This document shows positions 7,392 to 12,712 of a stretch of DNA of 12,712 nt, piece after piece. Position numbers and translations under genes: made by a program. Below the pieces are notes generated by a model, which searched no databases, was not told the DNA's origin, and worked only from the letters and a program-made list of their open reading frames with translations. Numbering within the stretch: the stretch's first letter is position 1; every line of letters starts with the position of its first letter. This stretch comes from an uncultured archaeon (lineage in GTDB: Archaea > Asgardarchaeota > Thorarchaeia > Thorarchaeales > Thorarchaeaceae), in NCBI GenBank assembly GCA_964590575.1, contig CAZPWM010000091.1, forward strand, positions 1 through 12,712. The letters are read 5' to 3'.

Positions 7392-10300
7392 TCACTCCCT
7401 CAACATTTCCACAGTCTGCTCAAGGAAACTCTTCTCACGCCACCAACGAAGGTCTCTTGCCCCAGTGGGACAGATGGAACAGCATGCACCACACCCCTCA
7501 CAACGCATCTCATCAGTGACGCTCTTTTTAACACCTGGCTCAATCTCAATCATTGAAACAGCGTCATAGGGACAAATCTCTGAGTAATGACACAGGTCAC
7601 ATCCCACGCACAGGTCCTCGTCAACTTCAGCTACCAAGAGTTCAATCTCTACAGTTCCTAGATTCAATGGATTACATGCTGCGTTTGCTGCTCCCCGAGC
7701 TTGATTTACTGAATCGCTCACGCTTTTCGCATAGGTCACGCCAAGAAACACTCCCGGAACTGTTGTTTCAACAGGTCTAAATTTCATATGCATTTCCAAA
7801 AGGAAACCATCTTGGCCACGGTTTATTCCCATAGCTTTGACAAACTCATCTACATCATGTGGTGCTTCGAGTCCTAATGCTAAGACAACCATCTCGGATT
7901 TTATCTTGAAGGTCTCTTGAGAGAGAGTGTCGTAAACTGTAACAATTGCTCCATCACCATCAGGGTCTTTTTCAACTGTCACAGGTTTTTCACGTACCCA
8001 ACGGAGATATGACACACCCTTCTGTCTATTTTCACGCCACATTTCTTCCATACCAGTCGCAAACGGTCGGATGTGTTCCTTATAGGCTGAGAATATATTG
8101 ATATCTGGGAACAATTCCTTGAGTTCATGTTGCATTGTTATCACTGCAGAACAACAGACTCTAGAGCAGTATCTATTACCCTCTCCTGGATTCTGTCTTG
8201 ATCCCACACAATGAATAAAGACAGGGTTCTTTGGAGCCTTCTTCAGCTTTCCATCTTTCAATCTTCTTTCAAGCTCAAGAGTTGAAATTACCCCTGGTAC
8301 ATCTTCCCAGCCATATTCGCCCTTCTTAGGCTCATAAACATCTGTACCCACTGCAATAACCATGGACCCGATACGATGGACTTCGCGTTCACCAGTTTCT
8401 ATATTCTCAACGGTGATGTCATAATTGCCATAGGTCCCACCGCGATGGACAACCTTTGAATTGAGAAGTACCTTAATCCGTTTCTGGTTTTCTACATTGG
8501 CTTTAAGATTGTCGACAATATCTTGTGCCGACTCCATTTCTGGGAATAGGCGATAGAGTTCATTCAGTCTGCCGCCGAGCTGTCCCTGTTTTTCAACTAG
8601 AATCACATCGAAACCCTTTCGTGCAATATCAAGAGCTGCAGTCATTCCTGACACACCTCCACCAACGACCATTGTCACAAGTGTGACCTTGACCTTCTTC
8701 AAGGGGACAATCTCATTGTTGACTGCTTTTGCAACCCCACTACGAATCAAATCCTGTGCTTTTTCCTGACGCATTTCACGAGGGGCTTTTGTGTGCACAA
8801 GTGTGAGATGTTCTCGGAGACCAACGGGTCCAACCAAGTAATATCCTGAGAGCCCGGCTGCTTCCAATGCACTCCTGAACGTTTGTTCATGTTGCAGAGG
8901 TGAACAGGATCCAACAACAACCCGGTTCAGCTTGTGATCCTTTATTGCTTGCGTGACAAGCTCCTGTCCTGGGTCACTGCACATGAAGATGTAGTCTGTA
9001 CTATATGCTACATTTGGTAAATCCTTTGCCCATTCAGCCAAACCTGGGGAGTCTATATAATTGCCTATAATCCCACCACAATGACAGATAAAGACACCAA
9101 CACGTGATTCATCAGTGATTTCTGCAGGAGGAATCTCCGGTAGGACTTTGGGGGTGGGTACTGGTAAAATCGAATGAGCCGCCATAGCAGCCCCCTTTCC
9201 TTCGTTCACACAGTCAGTACCATCTTTTGGACCATGTGCACATCCTGCAATGTATATACCAAGTCGATTTGTTTCTAGTGCAGCGGCATTGGGATGTTTC
9301 TCCTTAAACCAACCTGCCTCGTCAAGATCTATTTTGAGTATCTTTGCAAGCTCCTCAGAACCCTGACTGGGTCGGAAGCTGCAATTAAGGACCACCATTG
9401 ATATTTTATCAAGCTCTATGATCTCCCCAGATTCAGTATCTTCCATTTTTACGAAAAGATCATGTGTATCTGGATCTTCTTGAATCTCGGCAACCCGCCC
9501 TCGTATGAAATTGATGCCTTGATTCTTCTGTGAGTCCCAGAGGAACTCTTCCAGAGCCTTCCCTGCTGTCCGCATGTCCATATAGGTATAGATGATTTCA
9601 CAGTGATCTTCTGGATAGTGCATTCTCGTGACTTGAGCCAGCTTGTTTCCAAACGAACAGCATACCCTATTACAGTGACTGCTATAACCACTAATATTCT
9701 CTCGGACGTCCCTACTACCAACACAGTTCACAAACATTATCCGCTCAGGTTCCTTTCCATCTGATGGTCGTATCATGTGTGCATCTGTTGGGCCTGTGGG
9801 GTGAGTTTGTCTGTCATATTCTAATGATGTAACGACATTGGGAAATACACCATATCCATACTCCCCATAATCTAAGGGTTTGTACTCCTCAAAGCCAGTG
9901 GCAACAATGATTGAACCAACATTGAGGTCGTAAACCTTATCCTCATCATCATATATGATACAATCATTTGGACAGACTGAAGCGCATGTTCCGCAACCGA
10001 TACAGGACTCTTTATCGATTGTGGCTAACAAAGGAATCTGTTGTGGGAAATTCATATAGATTGCCTTTCGGAGTGAGAGTCCAAAGTCATACTCATTTGG
10101 CACCTCAACAGGACACGACCTGATACAGAGTTGGCAACCTGTGCATGTGTCAGCATTCACATAGCGAGCCTTTTGTCGAATCGTAACCGTGAAGTCCCCT
10201 TCCTTTCCTGTCACTTTTTCAACAGTCGCAAGTGGATGGATCTTGATATTGGGGTGTTTTCCAACAAAAGAGGTGAGAGGTGTCATTACACATGCTGAAC

Positions 10301-10496
10301 ACTCTAGAGCTGGGAAGATCTTGTAGATCGCTACATAGTTCCCACCAATAGCAACTGTTTTTTCAATCATATGTGCTAGATGACCACCATCTGCAAGTCC
10401 TAGGGCTGCACTGATTCCAGCCATGCCTCCTCCAATGACTAGGACATCCGTAGGTTTGGTCTTCTGTTCTGATTTCTTGGCTGAATCGCTGGCCAT
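7392..10496 (-). CDS. hdrA: Second tandem (two FAD module) HdrA-like flavoprotein, without MvhD
   Basis: In order: GGGMAG; inserted ferredoxin; CVGSR..HCNRVCC; RVGVFICHCG domain; GGGVSG; CVGSR..YCSRVCC; C-terminal 2x[4Fe-4S]. ATG 10496 is preceded by GGAG. Confidence 0.92.
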   Translation of the reverse strand: MASDSAKKSEQKTKPTDVLVIGGGMAGISAALGLADGGHLAHMIEKTVAIGGNYVAIYKIFPALECSACVMTPLTSFVGKHPNIKIHPLATVEKVTGKEGDFTVTIRQKARYVNADTCTGCQLCIRSCPVEVPNEYDFGLSLRKAIYMNFPQQIPLLATIDKESCIGCGTCASVCPNDCIIYDDEDKVYDLNVGSIIVATGFEEYKPLDYGEYGYGVFPNVVTSLEYDRQTHPTGPTDAHMIRPSDGKEPERIMFVNCVGSRDVRENISGYSSHCNRVCCSFGNKLAQVTRMHYPEDHCEIIYTYMDMRTAGKALEEFLWDSQKNQGINFIRGRVAEIQEDPDTHDLFVKMEDTESGEIIELDKISMVVLNCSFRPSQGSEELAKILKIDLDEAGWFKEKHPNAAALETNRLGIYIAGCAHGPKDGTDCVNEGKGAAMAAHSILPVPTPKVLPEIPPAEITDESRVGVFICHCGGIIGNYIDSPGLAEWAKDLPNVAYSTDYIFMCSDPGQELVTQAIKDHKLNRVVVGSCSPLQHEQTFRSALEAAGLSGYYLVGPVGLREHLTLVHTKAPREMRQEKAQDLIRSGVAKAVNNEIVPLKKVKVTLVTMVVGGGVSGMTAALDIARKGFDVILVEKQGQLGGRLNELYRLFPEMESAQDIVDNLKANVENQKRIKVLLNSKVVHRGGTYGNYDITVENIETGEREVHRIGSMVIAVGTDVYEPKKGEYGWEDVPGVISTLELERRLKDGKLKKAPKNPVFIHCVGSRQNPGEGNRYCSRVCCSAVITMQHELKELFPDINIFSAYKEHIRPFATGMEEMWRENRQKGVSYLRWVREKPVTVEKDPDGDGAIVTVYDTLSQETFKIKSEMVVLALGLEAPHDVDEFVKAMGINRGQDGFLLEMHMKFRPVETTVPGVFLGVTYAKSVSDSVNQARGAANAACNPLNLGTVEIELLVAEVDEDLCVGCDLCHYSEICPYDAVSMIEIEPGVKKSVTDEMRCEGCGACCSICPTGARDLRWWREKSFLEQTVEMLRE

Positions 10497-10583
10497 GGGA
10501 ATATTCTCCAGGGTGTTGTAGTGACATCGGCACCATTGGAGCGGGCGATATAATCTTTCTGTCAGCGGCTTCACAGTGTTAAT

Positions 10584-10610
10584 TTAATAATTTAGAACAC
10601 GTGTTCTAAG
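10584..10610 (-). promoter_or_regulatory. hdrA2 promoter: TATA with adjacent perfect 18-bp palindrome (candidate operator)
   Basis: TTAGAACACGTGTTCTAA at 10592-10609; TATTAA on the - strand at 10589-10584. Confidence 0.65.
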
Positions 10611-10634
10611 GTAAGTATGACAAAACCCGCAGAT

Positions 10635-10687
10635 AAAGGAAATCAAACTAGGATGACGGAGGGGGTTGAAACCCCCTTACATCATCC
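10635..10687 (-). terminator. Hairpin plus U-rich tail after the membrane protein gene
   Basis: - strand GGATGATGTAAGGGGGT-TTCA-ACCCCCTCCGTCATCC followed by TAGTTTGATTTCCTTT, beginning just after the stop codon. Confidence 0.55.
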
Positions 10688-10688
10688 A

Positions 10689-11765
10689 CTATTCTTCAAA
10701 ATCAGATTGTTTCAGCCTGACATAGACAAAGGCAAATGCAGAGAAAACAATGGCAATCAAGTAGAGGATTATTGGAATCCACAAGGGTTCAAGCATGAAT
10801 AGCCTTGTGATGTCTCTTCCATATCCTCCAAACTGACTAGGTAAGTAGATCCATACTATAGCAGTAATATATCCTAGGAAAACCCCCCACCTTATCTCCT
10901 TCCTCACTTTGAAGACAAACATGTAGGTGAAGACGAACATAAACGCGAAGCCCGTGGAAAACATAACCCAGATACCTGTTACAGCCTGTGAGAGAGTAGT
11001 AGTAGCCACTATAAATGCATGAATCCCTACGAAGCTCTCTAAGAACACAATCCATCCCTTGTTGATGTGTACCACCGTGTACGCAAGAGAGATTTGAGTG
11101 AAAAGCAAGAACATGTAGAAGAATCCGCTAAACAATTGAGGATCATACGCCATTGGATGGAACCAGAACGTGTAGACAATTGCCCAAGCGACAATGTAAG
11201 TATGATTTCTTCTAAAGAATCCGGAAACCCGAGCAGTCATGGGTTTACCCATTTTCTTCCCCAAGAAGAGACCCCGACTTGGATTCTCTATTATCAGAAT
11301 GATAGCCAACATCACAATTACTGAACCCTGACTGGTCCAGATTGGCATATCTTGTGCAAGTCCGTCAAACCAGATGTGTGTTTGAATTAGGTGTAGAACT
11401 ATGAAAACCACGTTGATTAGGATAGCCGCCCAGTTATACTTCGTGAGACCAGATGTTGGTTTGGCACGAAGGTGTGTTAGGTTCTTTTGAGCCCAATATA
11501 TTGCACCCCAAATTGAAAACTGATGTGCAAGATAAAAGCTCCAAACGATGAACATGGTCATGAATTCACGTGTTGGTAACTTCCAGAAATACCAATCAGC
11601 TCCTGCATCAGGAAGGAGCGTTGCTAACACAGGGTCTAGGAGTGGTCCTAACACCCAGATTAAGAGTGTGAATACGACCGCAAACACAAGACCTCCCACC
11701 CAAGCATAATATGCTCGTCGTGAACTAATCCCACTAGTTTGGTCAGTTTCGGAATCAACCATCAT
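10689..11765 (-). CDS. Uncharacterised multi-pass membrane protein with several His residues in or near TM helices
   Basis: Long ORF with roughly 9-10 hydrophobic segments by eye; motifs WYFWKLP, LHLIQTHIWFDGLAQD, YTFWFHPM. ATG 11765 follows GAGG. Confidence 0.85.
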   Translation of the reverse strand: MMVDSETDQTSGISSRRAYYAWVGGLVFAVVFTLLIWVLGPLLDPVLATLLPDAGADWYFWKLPTREFMTMFIVWSFYLAHQFSIWGAIYWAQKNLTHLRAKPTSGLTKYNWAAILINVVFIVLHLIQTHIWFDGLAQDMPIWTSQGSVIVMLAIILIIENPSRGLFLGKKMGKPMTARVSGFFRRNHTYIVAWAIVYTFWFHPMAYDPQLFSGFFYMFLLFTQISLAYTVVHINKGWIVFLESFVGIHAFIVATTTLSQAVTGIWVMFSTGFAFMFVFTYMFVFKVRKEIRWGVFLGYITAIVWIYLPSQFGGYGRDITRLFMLEPLWIPIILYLIAIVFSAFAFVYVRLKQSDFEE

Positions 11766-11810
11766 AGATAATCCTCTTGCTCCAATTAATTTCAGCAAGC
11801 GAGTACGATT

Positions 11811-11818
11811 TTTTATAA
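11811..11818 (-). promoter_or_regulatory. TATA box for the membrane protein gene
   Basis: TTATAAAA on the - strand, about 45 nt upstream of the ATG. Confidence 0.4.
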
Positions 11819-11861
11819 GTCAAGTGGTTAGTCCAATAAGCGTTCAACCGTAATCTGGAGA

Positions 11862-12278
11862 TTATCCTTTACAGTCCTCACAAATCACATATGCATCAAG
11901 ACGTTGTCCGACTGGTTTTATTTTAATCTCTGAAATAATGTGGTCCCATTGGTTTCGTATGGCATCTGATTCGTAATCTGATATCTTGCCACATTGTTGG
12001 CATATTACATTGACATGAACCGATGTGTTAGGATCATATCTTGTTACTCGATCATCAAACCTAATCTCATGAACTAACTCCAATTTCTTAAGTAAATCTA
12101 AAGTATGATAGACTGTTGTCAAGCTAATAGATGGATGCTGCTTGGAAACCCTCTTAAAAACAAGTTCTGCAGTAGGATGTTCATTACTCGATAGTACCTC
12201 TTCGCATATAGCTATGCGTTGAGGTGTGACCTTGTGGTCGTTCTTGCGTAGAATGGAGATGAGCTGTTCCTGGTTCAT
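11862..12278 (-). CDS. perR: Fur-family regulator, PerR-like peroxide sensor
   Basis: TPQR, HPTA, SLTTVY, RYD, CxxC..CxxC structural zinc site, GKISD (Asp typical of PerR); divergent from catalase. Confidence 0.85.
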   Translation of the reverse strand: MNQEQLISILRKNDHKVTPQRIAICEEVLSSNEHPTAELVFKRVSKQHPSISLTTVYHTLDLLKKLELVHEIRFDDRVTRYDPNTSVHVNVICQQCGKISDYESDAIRNQWDHIISEIKIKPVGQRLDAYVICEDCKG

Positions 12279-12376
12279 TATGATATCAGTCTCTGGAGTT
12301 AGGTTTCAACTCGAAATCGGTGAACCTTTAATTCCTTTCGTTGTGAGGTAATACTTAAATCATACTGATTAGTAAT

Positions 12377-12391
12377 TTGTTATCATTATAA
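12377..12391. promoter_or_regulatory. Per box-like operator
   Basis: TTGTTATCATTATAA versus Bacillus consensus TTATAATnATTATAA (2 mismatches), 33 nt upstream of the catalase ATG. Confidence 0.6.
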
Positions 12392-12424
12392 ATTAAAATC
12401 TAAATAGGATGAGGTAAGAGTAAC

Positions 12425-12712
12425 ATGCCCGACTCTAAGAAAAAAGGAAAGGAAGAAACACTCACAACTGCTTCAGGAATTCCAGTTGCAGATAATCAAA
12501 ACTCAATTACAGCTGGCCCTCGTGGCCCCTTATTGGTGCAAGACTTCCATCTATTTGAGAAGTTGGCACACTTTCATAGGGAACGTATTCCTGAGCGGGT
12601 TGTTCACGCAAAGGGAGCAGGAGCTTTTGGAACCTTTACTGTGACACATGACATCACTAAATATACCAAAGCAAAACTGGAGGGTAAAATAAGTAAGATA
12701 TGGATTCCCAAT
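12425..12712 (+). CDS. katA: Monofunctional heme catalase, 5' partial (absent from the ORF track)
   Basis: Manual translation [85 protein letters not shown] includes the catalytic His signature; GAGGT SD. Frame is open to the window end. Confidence 0.92.
   Translation, partial: MPDSKKKGKEETLTTASGIPVADNQNSITAGPRGPLLVQDFHLFEKLAHFHRERIPERVVHAKGAGAFGTFTVTHDITKYTKAKLEGKISKIWIPN

Noticed and set aside
1949-10496. Calling the large flavoproteins HdrL or QmoA/B
   Set aside because: No extra NAD(P)H-binding module is visible, both modules carry the HdrA CxGSR..CxxxCC cluster motif, and no qmoC or apr genes are present.
10651-10687. Hairpin as a SECIS element (contains ATGA)
   Set aside because: No opposing GA on the 3' arm, no GAA/A internal loop, and no in-frame TGA in adjacent genes.
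151-11324. Nested or antisense ORFs in the track (e.g. 151-510, 2189-2800, 4565-4951, 6886-7200, 9449-9724, 10617-10802)
   Set aside because: Shadow frames of well-supported genes with no recognisable motifs.
1-12712. CRISPR arrays, tRNA/rRNA genes, transposases
   Set aside because: None seen; repeated similarity is explained by hdr paralogy.

Overview
Archaeal-looking window (TATA boxes, GGAG/GGTG Shine-Dalgarno sites, DUF2096-like gene). An Asgard/Thorarchaeia-like origin is plausible but only a guess. About 10.4 kb is a heterodisulfide reductase super-cluster. On the + strand: hdrC1-hdrB1, a structured ~340 bp spacer, then a tandem two-FAD-module hdrA fused to mvhD, followed by hdrC2-hdrB2. 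Converging from the - strand: a second, divergent tandem hdrA and a DUF2096-like gene. Next come a His-rich multi-pass membrane protein, a PerR-like Fur regulator, and the divergent 5' part of a heme catalase with a Per box. The catalase loses family similarity in its last 33 nt. Most notable: complementary domain losses in the tandem HdrA proteins (single-chain pseudo-dimers, probably one bifurcating flavin), two different HdrB types, a motif at identical spacing from the TATA box of both hdrA genes, and a candidate structured RNA with an exposed anti-SD loop. All calls are by eye; no searches were run.
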